Assembly: GCA_964457525.1 (NCBI GenBank)
Contig: CAYWGS010000007.1
Coordinates: 1-14,420 of the forward strand
From: an uncultured Erysipelotrichaceae bacterium
Lineage (GTDB): Bacteria > Bacillota_I > Bacilli_A > Erysipelotrichales > Erysipelotrichaceae
DNA length: 14,420 bases
Direction of reading: 5' to 3'
Below are positions 1 through 10,970 of this stretch, piece by piece. How positions within the stretch are numbered: the stretch's first letter is position 1; every line of letters begins with the position of its first letter. Made by a program: the position numbers and the translations under genes. Under the pieces are notes generated by a model. The model ran no database searches, was not told where the DNA came from, and worked only from the letters and a program-made list of their open reading frames with translations.

Positions 1-765
1 ATTGAGAAATTTAAAGAAAAAATGAATCATTTAGATGTTTTATTGATGGATGATATTCAGTTTATTGCAGGTAAAGAAAAGTCTCATGAAGTGTTTTTTA
101 ATATTTTCAACGAGCTCGTAAACAACAAGAAGCAAATTGTATTAACCAGTGACCGAAATCCTTCTGAAATAAAAGGATTAGAGGATCGTTTGATTAGTCG
201 TTTCTCCTCTGGTTTATCGGTTGGAATGGATTCTCCTGAGTTTGAAACTGCTTTAGCAATCTTAAAATTTAGATTAGAACATCAATCTGTTGATACATCT
301 ACAATTGATAACGAAGTTTTAAATTATATCGCAACAAATTTTAATAAAGATGTACGTAAATTAGAAGGTGCTTTAAATCGTTTATTATTTTATTCCATTA
401 ATTTCAGTGGAAGTGAACGAATTGATTTTAAAGTTGCTTTAGCAGCATTTAAAGGAAATAGTACATCGGATAAGAATGAATTATCTGCGAATAAAATTAA
501 ACGAATTGTGGCAGATTACTATGGTTTAACAAAGCAACAACTCTCTTCCAATACAAGAACTAAGAATATTGCGACAGCTCGTCATATTGCGATGTATTTC
601 TGTCGTAAATGTTTAGATTTACCATTCTCTAAAATTGGAGAAGAATTTGGTAAAAGAGATCATTCTACTGTTATGAATGCTTGCGAGAAAGTCGAAAGAA
701 ATTCTAAATCAGATATTAATTATAAACAAGCATTGATTGAAATTGAAAAATTAATTAGTAATTAA
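1..765 (+). CDS. dnaA: Chromosomal replication initiator DnaA, 3' portion (5' end lies upstream of the window)
   Basis: Frame 1 is open from base 1 (IEKFKEKMNHLDVLLMDDIQFIAGKE...), so the listed ATG at 22 is internal. The sequence covers the end of the AAA+ domain III (DVLLMDDIQF Walker B/sensor region) and the C-terminal DnaA-box-binding domain IV (TARHIAMYFCRK...FGKRDHSTVMNACEKV). Stop TAA at 763-765. Confidence 0.97.
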   Translation: MEKFKEKMNHLDVLLMDDIQFIAGKEKSHEVFFNIFNELVNNKKQIVLTSDRNPSEIKGLEDRLISRFSSGLSVGMDSPEFETALAILKFRLEHQSVDTSTIDNEVLNYIATNFNKDVRKLEGALNRLLFYSINFSGSERIDFKVALAAFKGNSTSDKNELSANKIKRIVADYYGLTKQQLSSNTRTKNIATARHIAMYFCRKCLDLPFSKIGEEFGKRDHSTVMNACEKVERNSKSDINYKQALIEIEKLISN

Positions 766-909
766 AAGTTATACACATCTATTCACTTTTAATTAACAGT
801 TAAAAATGTTAAAATATCATTGTATATAAAGGGTATTTCGTAGTTTATCCACTTATTAACAGCCTTAATAATAATAATTCTCTAAAGATACTAAAAGGAG
901 GTTTAGCTT
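766..909. promoter_or_regulatory. dnaA-dnaN intergenic oriC-type module: two near-consensus DnaA boxes, AT-rich spacer, (TAA)4 trio-like repeat, dnaN RBS
   Basis: TTATACACA at 769-777 and TTATCCACT at 845-853 each differ from TTATCCACA by one base. The spacer 778-844 is AT-rich. TAATAATAATAA lies at 866-877, after a short CAGCC cluster. A possible extended -10 TGtTAAAAT lies at 807-815. The dnaN SD AAAGGAGG is at 894-901. The position between dnaA and dnaN matches the incC half of Bacillus-type bipartite origins. Confidence 0.6.
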
Positions 910-2031
910 ATGAATTTCAGAATATCAAAAAGAGTTTTCTTCAATGCTTTATCGATTGTTTCAAGAGCCATATCATCGAATTCACCGTTACCATGGTTAT
1001 CTGGAATTAAAATTGAAGCGAAGAACAATGAATTAATTTTAACGGGTAGTGATTCCGACGTTTCAATTCAAAAAGTAATAAAAGCAGACAAACAAGATGC
1101 TTTTTTTGAAATTAAAGAAGAAGGCTCAATTGTAATTGAAGCTAAATACATCCTTGAGATTGTTCGTAAGATTGATGCGGATGAATTGATTGTTGAGGTT
1201 GTGGATGGATCTTTAACTAAGATTAGTGGTCATTCTGCAGAATTTAATATTAATGGTATGAAATCAACGGATTATCCATCAATTGATTTCACAATGCCAA
1301 CTAAGCAATTTGAAATTGATGCGGATATTTTATTAAAAATTATTACTCAAACAAGTTTTGCGACAAGTGATAAAGAAACTCGTCCAGTATTAACAGGTGT
1401 TAATTTTAAATGTGATGGAAATGTACTTGAATGTGTTGCGACAGATAGTTTCAGACTTGCAAAGAAAACTGTAAATGTAGATAGCAACAATCAGTTCAAT
1501 ATTACGATTCCTGCAAAGAGTTTAAGTGAAGTTGCGAAAACGTTAGAACGTGATGAAAAAGTATTAATTTGTGTAAGTGATAAGAAAGCTCAATTCTGGA
1601 TTGATCATACAGTTATTCAAACTAGACTTATTGATGGATTATATCCTGAAACAAGTCGATTAATTCCTACTGAATTTATGTATGAGTTAACATTGGATGC
1701 TCGCGATATCTTAAATGCGATTGACCGTGCTTCATTTATTAAGAGTGAAGGTATCTCAATTGTTAAATTAAGTGCAAATCAAAGTGAAGTTGTGATTAGT
1801 ACTAAATCTCAAGAAGTTGGGTCTTCGATGGAAAAATTAACAACCATCAATTACAAAGGAAATCCATTAGAAATCTCATTTAGTGGTCGTTATGTATTTG
1901 ATGCAGTTCGTGTTTTAAATGGTTCAATTGTTAAATTAGAATTTAGCGGTGAGATGAAACCATTCATTATTCGAAATGTCGATGATGACTCGATATTACA
2001 GTTAATTTTACCAGTTAGAACCTACTCATAA
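910..2031 (+). CDS. dnaN: DNA polymerase III beta sliding clamp
   Basis: 373 aa. The N-terminus MNFRISKRVFFNALSIVSRAISS...LPWLSGIKIEA and the C-terminal KPFIIRNVDDDSILQLILPVRTY are typical of beta clamps. A strong SD lies 8 nt upstream, and the gene sits directly after dnaA. Confidence 0.97.
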   Translation: MNFRISKRVFFNALSIVSRAISSNSPLPWLSGIKIEAKNNELILTGSDSDVSIQKVIKADKQDAFFEIKEEGSIVIEAKYILEIVRKIDADELIVEVVDGSLTKISGHSAEFNINGMKSTDYPSIDFTMPTKQFEIDADILLKIITQTSFATSDKETRPVLTGVNFKCDGNVLECVATDSFRLAKKTVNVDSNNQFNITIPAKSLSEVAKTLERDEKVLICVSDKKAQFWIDHTVIQTRLIDGLYPETSRLIPTEFMYELTLDARDILNAIDRASFIKSEGISIVKLSANQSEVVISTKSQEVGSSMEKLTTINYKGNPLEISFSGRYVFDAVRVLNGSIVKLEFSGEMKPFIIRNVDDDSILQLILPVRTYS

Positions 2032-2039
2032 TCGTATAC

Positions 2040-2066
2040 AACACCCTAACAATTAGGGTGTTTTTA
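2040..2066 (+). terminator. Rho-independent terminator after dnaN
   Basis: AACACCCTAA (2040-2049) pairs with TTAGGGTGTT (2053-2062) around a CAA loop. The T-run continues to 2065. Confidence 0.8.
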
Positions 2067-2075
2067 TGGTATAAT
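2067..2075 (+). promoter_or_regulatory. Extended -10 promoter (TGgTATAAT) for yaaA-recF-gyrB-gyrA
   Basis: TGGTATAAT at 2067-2075 lies immediately 3' of the terminator T-run and about 35 nt upstream of the yaaA ATG. No clear -35 is present. Confidence 0.5.
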
Positions 2076-2109
2076 TTGTGAGGATTTGCACAGGAAAGAA
2101 GGGTTATAA

Positions 2110-2309
2110 ATGATTCGCATTTCAACGCCTTATATTACGCTTGGACAACTGTTGAAGATGACGGATTGGATCGATTCTGGGGGTCAAGCTAAAGTTGCTG
2201 TTAAGACTTTAAAAATTAAAGTTAATGGTGAAAAGGAAGATCGCAGAGGTCGTAAATTATATCCAAATGATGTGATTGAGATTGAAGGAAAATCCTATAC
2301 GATTGAGTA

Positions 2310-2310
<1 letters not shown>
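2110..2310 (+). CDS. yaaA: Small S4-domain RNA-binding protein (YaaA family)
   Basis: 66 aa. The sequence ITLGQLLKMTDWIDSGGQAKVAVK...VNGEKEDRRGRKLYPNDVIEI is the S4-like fold of YaaA. The position between dnaN and recF is conserved in Bacillota. The stop overlaps the recF ATG (TAATG). Confidence 0.85.
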
Positions 2311-5325
<3,015 letters not shown>

Positions 5326-5337
5326 GAGGGAGAAAAC

Positions 5338-7779
5338 ATGGAAGAAGTACAATTTGATCGTATAAAGCATGTCAATATCTCTTCTGAGATGAAAACCTCA
5401 TTCTTAGACTATGCAATGAGTGTTATCGTACAAAGAGCTTTACCAGATGTTAGAGATGGATTAAAACCAGTTCATCGTAGAATTCTATACTCTATGAATG
5501 ATTTAGGGATTGTCGCTGATAAACCTTTTAAGAAATCAGCTCGTATTGTTGGGGATGTTATTGGTAAATATCACCCTCATGGTGATACAGCAGTTTATGA
5601 TTCTATGGTTCGTATGGCCCAAGATTTCTCATATCGTTATATGTTAGTTGAAGGTCATGGTAACTTTGGTTCCATCGATGGTGATGGGGCAGCTGCGATG
5701 CGTTATACCGAAGCACGTATGTCAAAGATTGCGATGGAATTGGTACGTGATATAAATCGTGATACCATTGATTTCGTTGATAACTATGATGGAGAAGAAA
5801 AAGAACCATCTGTAATGCCATCTCGTTTCCCAAATGTTCTTGTGAATGGAGGAACAGGGATTGCGGTTGGTATGGCCACAAACATTGCGCCACATAACTT
5901 AGGAGAAACTATTGATGCGGCAATCGCAGTCATGGAAAATCCTGATATAACTATTTTAGAATTGATGGAAAACTATATTTTTGGCCCAGATTTTCCAACT
6001 GGGGCAACGATTTTAGGTCGTGCAGGGATCAAACAAGCGTTTGAAACAGGCCGAGGATCCATTGTTATTCGTTCAAAAGTCGATACAGAAGAATTATCGA
6101 ATGGGAAGAAGCAGTTAATCGTCACTGAAATTCCATATCAAGTCAATAAAGCAACCTTAGTTGAAAAGATTGCGTCTTTAGTACGTGATAAGCAAATTGA
6201 GGGAATTACCGATTTAAGAGATGAATCCAATCGTGAGGGGATTCGTATTGTTATTGAGTTAAGAAGGGATGTTCAAAGTGAAGTAATTTTGAATCAGTTA
6301 TATCGAATGACCTCTTTACAAACAAGTTTTGGGGTTAATAACTTAGCTTTAGTTAATAATGCACCTAAATTACTCAATCTTAAAGAAATTTTAGAGTATT
6401 ATAATACGCATCAAATCGAAGTAATTCGTAGAAGAACTCAATATGAGTTAACCAAAGCATTAGAAAGAGCTCATATTTTAGAAGGTTTGCGTATTGCGTT
6501 AGATAATATTGATGCGATTATTCATTTAATTCGATCCAGTAAAGATGATACAACAGCACTTAATGGTTTGATGGAACAATTTGGATTATCTGAAATACAA
6601 GCAAAAGCAATTCTAGATATGCGTTTCAGACGTTTAACAGGCTTAGAACGTCAAAAAATAGAAGCAGAATATCAAGAATTAATGGTTTCTATTGAAGATT
6701 ATCGTGATATCTTGGCTAATCACCAACGTGTCGTAGATATTATCAAAGAAGAAATGTTAGAAATTAAACGTCGATTCAATGATAAACGCCGTTCAGAGAT
6801 CGTAGATGCGGATATCGATATGGAAGATGAAGACTTAATTCCAAGAGAAGAAGTTGTTATTACGATGACAACAAACGGATACATTAAACGTACCAATATT
6901 GATACCTATAAGACACAAAATCGTGGTGGTAAGGGTGTTAAGGGTATGAGTGTTAATGAGGATGATGTTGTGGATCAATTCTTAACAATGAATTCTCATG
7001 ATCATTTATTACTATTTACAAATTTAGGTCGAGTATATCGAATTAAAGGATATCGTGTTCCTCAAGCAAGTCGTATTGGTAAGGGAATTCCTGTTATAAA
7101 CTTATTGGATATGGATAAGAATGAGAAGATTCGTGCATTAGTATCCATCAATCCAAACCATGAAGGTAATTTCTTATTCTTCGCAACTAAACTAGGACTT
7201 GTTAAGCGTGTTCATGTAAGCGAGTTTGAATCAATCCGACAAACAGGTAAGATTGCGATTACATTGAAGGATGATGATGAATTACTTGGAGTTAAATTAA
7301 CATCTGGTGAAGATGAAATCATTATCGCTGGATCTAACGGTAAAGCAGTTCGTTTCAATGAACAAGATGTTCGTGCAATGGGTCGTACCGCAAGTGGTGT
7401 TAAAGGATTTAATACTGATGGCTGTGAAGCTGTAGGTTTAGCAACCGATAAAGAAGGACGATATATCTTATCTGTTACACAAAATGGTTATGGTAAGAAA
7501 TCTGAATTAACAGAATATCGCTTAACCAGTCGTGGTGCTAAAGGTGTTAAGACGATTAATATTACCGATAAGAATGGTCCACTCGTAGAATTAAAGGCTG
7601 TTAATGGGGATGAAGATCTACTCATGGTCACATCGGAAGGTGTCATCATTCGTATTAATCTTGAAACAGTTGGTGTTTATGGAAGAAGTACCCAAGGGGT
7701 TCGCTTAATCAATGTTAAAGATGACCAAACACTTAAAACGGTTGCGGTTGTCGAAAAAGAAGAAATCGTAGAAGAATAA
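5338..7779 (+). CDS. gyrA: DNA gyrase subunit A
   Basis: 813 aa. The active-site region is [10 protein letters not shown] (catalytic Tyr). The QRDR-equivalent is [17 protein letters not shown]. The C-terminal beta-pinwheel repeats include a GyrA-box-like QNRGGKGV. The SD AGGAGGG lies upstream. Confidence 0.98.
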   Translation: MEEVQFDRIKHVNISSEMKTSFLDYAMSVIVQRALPDVRDGLKPVHRRILYSMNDLGIVADKPFKKSARIVGDVIGKYHPHGDTAVYDSMVRMAQDFSYRYMLVEGHGNFGSIDGDGAAAMRYTEARMSKIAMELVRDINRDTIDFVDNYDGEEKEPSVMPSRFPNVLVNGGTGIAVGMATNIAPHNLGETIDAAIAVMENPDITILELMENYIFGPDFPTGATILGRAGIKQAFETGRGSIVIRSKVDTEELSNGKKQLIVTEIPYQVNKATLVEKIASLVRDKQIEGITDLRDESNREGIRIVIELRRDVQSEVILNQLYRMTSLQTSFGVNNLALVNNAPKLLNLKEILEYYNTHQIEVIRRRTQYELTKALERAHILEGLRIALDNIDAIIHLIRSSKDDTTALNGLMEQFGLSEIQAKAILDMRFRRLTGLERQKIEAEYQELMVSIEDYRDILANHQRVVDIIKEEMLEIKRRFNDKRRSEIVDADIDMEDEDLIPREEVVITMTTNGYIKRTNIDTYKTQNRGGKGVKGMSVNEDDVVDQFLTMNSHDHLLLFTNLGRVYRIKGYRVPQASRIGKGIPVINLLDMDKNEKIRALVSINPNHEGNFLFFATKLGLVKRVHVSEFESIRQTGKIAITLKDDDELLGVKLTSGEDEIIIAGSNGKAVRFNEQDVRAMGRTASGVKGFNTDGCEAVGLATDKEGRYILSVTQNGYGKKSELTEYRLTSRGAKGVKTINITDKNGPLVELKAVNGDEDLLMVTSEGVIIRINLETVGVYGRSTQGVRLINVKDDQTLKTVAVVEKEEIVEE

Positions 7780-7787
7780 TGTAACTT

Positions 7788-7820
7788 AAAGTAGCCAAAT
7801 CTATGGCTACTTTATTTTTA
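7788..7820 (+). terminator. Rho-independent terminator after gyrA
   Basis: AAAGTAGCCA (7788-7797) pairs with TGGCTACTTT (7804-7813) around an AATCTA loop, followed by ATTTTTA. Confidence 0.8.
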
Positions 7821-7822
7821 AT

Positions 7823-7831
7823 TGATATAAT
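7823..7831 (+). promoter_or_regulatory. Extended -10 promoter (TGaTATAAT) for the GGDEF gene; predicted leaderless transcript
   Basis: TGATATAAT lies at 7823-7831. The A of the ATG (7838) is the 7th nt after the -10 hexamer, which is the usual TSS distance. The 6 intervening nt (GAAAAT) contain no SD. Confidence 0.5.
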
Positions 7832-7837
7832 GAAAAT

Positions 7838-9412
7838 ATGTTAGATGCACTTACCTTGAATTTTACTATGACTATATTAATGTTTGTTTATTTTGTAATG
7901 TCATTAATTATTTTTCGTATAAGAAAAGAAAAATATTTAATTTATTACTTATTAACGTTTTTAACTTTATTTTCAACCTATTTTCTATTATTTTTTCAAA
8001 AATATTTTCCTGACTGGATAAGTTTTATTTTAATGAACTTACTCGTAGTATTGAGTCAATTGTTTGTAGTTATTGGAATTAGAGTTCTTTACAGATTGAA
8101 GTCGATTAACGCTTGGTATCTTGTTTATTTTTTATTAACCTTTATTGGGATTTACTACTATACTTACATTGATTTTAGTATTACATCAAGAATTATTGTG
8201 ACCTCTATGGTCTTATCTTTAATGTTAATAGATCTGATTGTTATAGTTCGACGATTTAAAGATCGAGTTAATGAAGCGATCAATAAAATTGTTATAACAA
8301 TAGCTTTTATTAGTATAATTGTTTGGTTATCCAGAATATTTTTTGTTTTTAATCAAGAATCCACACAAAGATACTTAGTGGACCAAGGGTTTACTACAGG
8401 CGTTTATTATATTCTTGGCTTAATAACTTCTAGTGTTTGGTTTGCGCTCTATATTTGGATTGAGACAGCTCAAGTTGTGATTAAATTAGAAAAAAAGAAC
8501 GATGAACTTAGTAGGCTAGCTTTAATTGATAATCTTACTGGTTTAGCAAATCGTCATTATTTAGATTATGATTTAAAATTCTTAACCTCAAATTCGATAA
8601 GAAGTAATACAGATTTATCAATGTTAATGGTTGATTTAGACCGTTTTAAGCTTGTTAATGATACTTTTGGACATTTAGTAGGGGATGATGTACTAAAACA
8701 AGCAGCACAGATACTCTCAGAGTCTATTCGTTCAAGTGATCGTGTTTATCGTTGGGGAGGAGAAGAGTTTGTTATTGTTACACCTTCCACAAACAATAAA
8801 CAAGCAAGTATTGTTGCGGAAAAGATAAGTCAGAACTTTAGAAACAGTAAATTTGATGTAATAGGAAATATAACGGTTAGTATTGGCGTCGCAACATTTG
8901 ATTCAGATGAAAAAGTAGAGGACTGGTTTAATCGTGTTGATTTGGCACTATATCGCGCTAAACAAACTGGTCGAAATCGTTGGGTTACTTGGATAGATGA
9001 TGAATCATTGCCAGAATATTTTGATCGATTTGTATGGGAAACCGAGTATGAATCAGGAAACAAAGAAATTGATAATGATCATAAACAACTTGCTATTCAT
9101 ATAAACAAACTCCATCACTTAATTACAAATCAATATCCAATTGATACAATTCATAAAGCTATTTTTGATATGACTGAACATATTAAGAAGCACTTTATAT
9201 TGGAAGAGAGTATTTTATTAAAAAAAGAGTACAAAGAGTACACAGAACATCGTTCAATTCACCAAAGAATTCTATCAGAATATGAAATTTTATTGAGAAA
9301 AACACTTAATGGTGAAATAACATTAGCTGCTCTAATGTCATACCTTGTTAAAGAGGTATTAATTGAACATATATCAAATGAAGATTCAAAGTTTTTTAAT
9401 ACTGTTAAATGA
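7838..9412 (+). CDS. Membrane-bound diguanylate cyclase: about 7 TM helices, GGDEF domain, C-terminal hemerythrin-like metal-binding domain
   Basis: 524 aa. Residues 1 to about 210 form seven long hydrophobic segments. The GGDEF domain spans roughly 8512-8985 and carries DLDRFKLVNDTFGH, GGEEF at 8756-8770 and an intact I-site RSSD at 8729-8740, five residues upstream of GGEEF. The hemerythrin-like domain (9035-9409) has the full ligand pattern: W..G..IDNDH, HFILEE, HRSIH and EHISNED. Stop TGA at 9410-9412. Confidence 0.9.
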   Translation: MLDALTLNFTMTILMFVYFVMSLIIFRIRKEKYLIYYLLTFLTLFSTYFLLFFQKYFPDWISFILMNLLVVLSQLFVVIGIRVLYRLKSINAWYLVYFLLTFIGIYYYTYIDFSITSRIIVTSMVLSLMLIDLIVIVRRFKDRVNEAINKIVITIAFISIIVWLSRIFFVFNQESTQRYLVDQGFTTGVYYILGLITSSVWFALYIWIETAQVVIKLEKKNDELSRLALIDNLTGLANRHYLDYDLKFLTSNSIRSNTDLSMLMVDLDRFKLVNDTFGHLVGDDVLKQAAQILSESIRSSDRVYRWGGEEFVIVTPSTNNKQASIVAEKISQNFRNSKFDVIGNITVSIGVATFDSDEKVEDWFNRVDLALYRAKQTGRNRWVTWIDDESLPEYFDRFVWETEYESGNKEIDNDHKQLAIHINKLHHLITNQYPIDTIHKAIFDMTEHIKKHFILEESILLKKEYKEYTEHRSIHQRILSEYEILLRKTLNGEITLAALMSYLVKEVLIEHISNEDSKFFNTVK

Positions 9413-9421
9413 TGTCAATTC

Positions 9422-9450
9422 TTGACTTATTATGAACCTATTTATACAAT
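9422..9450 (+). promoter_or_regulatory. Sigma-70-type promoter of the serS leader
   Basis: -35 TTGACT at 9422-9427, a 17-nt spacer, and -10 TACAAT at 9445-9450. Confidence 0.6.
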
Positions 9451-9456
9451 GAATGC

Positions 9457-9662
9457 ATAAACAAAGACGGGACTAATCAATATTGTGTTTTGTAGAGATA
9501 CAAGGTATGGTGAAACTTGTAATACACTTTCTTGAATTCCACCCCTGAGTGAAGTTTACTTCCGGCGCAACCGTTATCTGTATGAGTGGTATTGTTTCAC
9601 GTGAAACATTACAACGAGGGTGGCAACACGGTAAACAATCGTCCCTTACAAGGGATTTTTTT
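9457..9662 (+). promoter_or_regulatory. T-box riboswitch leader, serine-specific (specifier UCC), transcription-attenuation type
   Basis: The Stem I AG-bulge GUAGAGA is at about 9491-9497, and the distal hairpin UACAAG/CUUGUA carries a GUAUGGUGAAA loop. The specifier-loop 3' side reads GAAU-UCC-A (UCC at 9538-9540, followed by the conserved purine). Stem II is GAAG/CUUC. The F-box CCGUUA is at 9571-9576. Stem III spans 9589-9612. The T-box sequence AACGAGGGUGGCAACACGG lies at 9613-9631. The antiterminator is GAGGG-[UGGCAAC bulge]-ACG...CGU-CCCUU. The alternative terminator is UCCCU-UACA-AGGGA (9642-9655) followed by U7 (9656-9662). Confidence 0.9.
9593..9608. repeat. Perfect 16-bp palindrome TGTTTCACGTGAAACA (copy 1), forming Stem III of the T-box leader
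   Basis: Read directly from the sequence. It shares the exact 15-mer TGTTTCACGTGAAAC with 11421-11435. Confidence 0.9.
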
Positions 9663-9681
9663 ATTTTAAAGGAGAAATAAA

Positions 9682-10968
9682 ATGCTAGACATTAAATTGA
9701 TTCGTGAGAATCCAGAATTAGTAAAAGAGAATATGCGTAAGAAGTATCAAGATTCTAAACTGAATCTAGTGGATGAAGTTGGAGAATTAGATCTTAAATA
9801 TCGTCAAACTAAAACACGTGCAGATGAACTAAGAGGTTTACGTAATAAGTTAAGTAAACAAATCGGTGTTTTGATGGGTCAAAAGAAGTTTGATGAAGCT
9901 GAAGAAGTTAAGAAACAAGTCCAACAACTAGCCATTGAATTAGCAGATCTAGAAGCGAGTGAAGAACCACTCCAACAAGAAATTCGTCAAAGAATGCTTG
10001 TTATTCCTAATATTATTGATGAAACAGTTCCATTAGGAAAAGATGATAGCGAAAATGTTGAACGTAAGAGAATTGGTGAACCTGCTTTAAAACCTTTCGA
10101 AGTACCATATCACATTGATATTATGGAACGTTTTGCAGGGGTAGACCTTGATGCGGCACGTAAAACGAGTGGAAATGGTTTCTATTACCTAATTGGTGAT
10201 GTTGCTAGATTACATTCTGCTATTTTAAGTTATGCACGTGATTTCATGATTGATCGTGGTTTTGATTACGTTATTCCACCTTATATGATTCGTTCAGAGG
10301 TTGTGACAGGTGTTATGAGTTTTGCGGAAATGGAAAACATGATGTATAAGATTGAAGGTGAAGACTTATACCTCATTGGAACAAGCGAACACTCTATGAT
10401 TGGTAAATTTATCGATACAATCTTAGATGAAAAGGATTTGCCATATCTCTATACAAGTTATTCACCATGTTTTAGAAAAGAAGTGGGTGCACATGGTATA
10501 GAAGAACGTGGTGTATACCGTATTCATCAATTCGAAAAACAAGAAATGATTGTTGTATGTAAACCAGAAGATAGTAAGAAGTATTTTGAAGTTCTCTATA
10601 ACAATACAGTTGATTTCTTCCGTTCCCTTGATGTTCCTGTACGTGTTTTGGAATGTTGTTCAGGCGATTTAGCGGATCTTAAGAGTAAATCAGTGGATGT
10701 TGAAGCGTGGTCACCAAGACAACAGAAATATTTTGAAGTAGGAAGTTGTTCAAATCTTACTGATGCACAAGCTAGACGTCTACAAATTCGTGTACAAGGT
10801 GAGAATGAGAAATATTTTGCGCACACATTGAATAACACGGTTGTTGCACCTCCACGTATGTTAATTGCTTTCTTAGAAAACAATCTAAATGTAGATGGAT
10901 CCGTAAATATCCCTGTTGCTTTAAGACCTTATATGGGATTTAAAGAAGTTATTACTCCTAAAAAATAA
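9682..10968 (+). CDS. serS: Seryl-tRNA synthetase
   Basis: 428 aa. The N-terminal coiled-coil tRNA-binding arm begins MLDIKLIRENPELVKENM. Class II motifs are present (FRKEVGAHG...RGVYRIHQFEKQE; GSCSNLTDAQARRL). The SD AAAGGAG at 9668-9674 lies 7 nt upstream of the ATG. Confidence 0.97.
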   Translation: MLDIKLIRENPELVKENMRKKYQDSKLNLVDEVGELDLKYRQTKTRADELRGLRNKLSKQIGVLMGQKKFDEAEEVKKQVQQLAIELADLEASEEPLQQEIRQRMLVIPNIIDETVPLGKDDSENVERKRIGEPALKPFEVPYHIDIMERFAGVDLDAARKTSGNGFYYLIGDVARLHSAILSYARDFMIDRGFDYVIPPYMIRSEVVTGVMSFAEMENMMYKIEGEDLYLIGTSEHSMIGKFIDTILDEKDLPYLYTSYSPCFRKEVGAHGIEERGVYRIHQFEKQEMIVVCKPEDSKKYFEVLYNNTVDFFRSLDVPVRVLECCSGDLADLKSKSVDVEAWSPRQQKYFEVGSCSNLTDAQARRLQIRVQGENEKYFAHTLNNTVVAPPRMLIAFLENNLNVDGSVNIPVALRPYMGFKEVITPKK

Positions 10969-10970
10969 CA

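Noticed and set aside
5572-5610. GyrA QRDR ([13 protein letters not shown]) as a possible fluoroquinolone-resistance allele
   Set aside because: Thr at the position equivalent to E. coli Ser83 is the wild-type susceptible residue in several bacteria. The Asp87-equivalent is intact. There is no evidence for a resistance substitution.
5603-5893. Minus-strand ORF (96 aa) antisense to gyrA
   Set aside because: It is embedded in the most conserved part of gyrA (QRDR and catalytic Tyr region). It has an odd composition (H/Q/L-rich) and no expression signals.
8327-8335. TTATCCAGA, a one-mismatch DnaA-box-like 9-mer inside the GGDEF CDS
   Set aside because: It is an isolated single site within a coding region far from the origin spacer and is expected by chance in AT-rich DNA.
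8491-8497. In-phase A_AAA_AAG heptamer in the GGDEF gene (gaA AAA AAG) with a -1 stop two codons later (GAA CGA TGA); also A_AAA_AAA at 9220-9226
   Set aside because: I use these as a base-rate control for the dnaX observation. Such heptamers arise readily in Lys codons of AT-rich genes, and off-frame stops are frequent. There is no precedent or stimulatory element, so no frameshift is claimed here.
8830-9063. Minus-strand ORF (77 aa) antisense to the GGDEF gene
   Set aside because: It overlaps the well-supported GGDEF/hemerythrin junction, has no recognisable motifs and has no RBS.
9432-9452. Mini-ORF ATG AAC CTA TTT ATA CAA TGA upstream of the serS leader
   Set aside because: It is six codons long, overlaps the promoter spacer and -10, and therefore lies upstream of the likely TSS. 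It has no SD and is not a leader peptide.
10596-10883. Minus-strand ORF (95 aa) antisense to serS
   Set aside because: It lies inside the conserved class II catalytic core of serS and is a shadow ORF.
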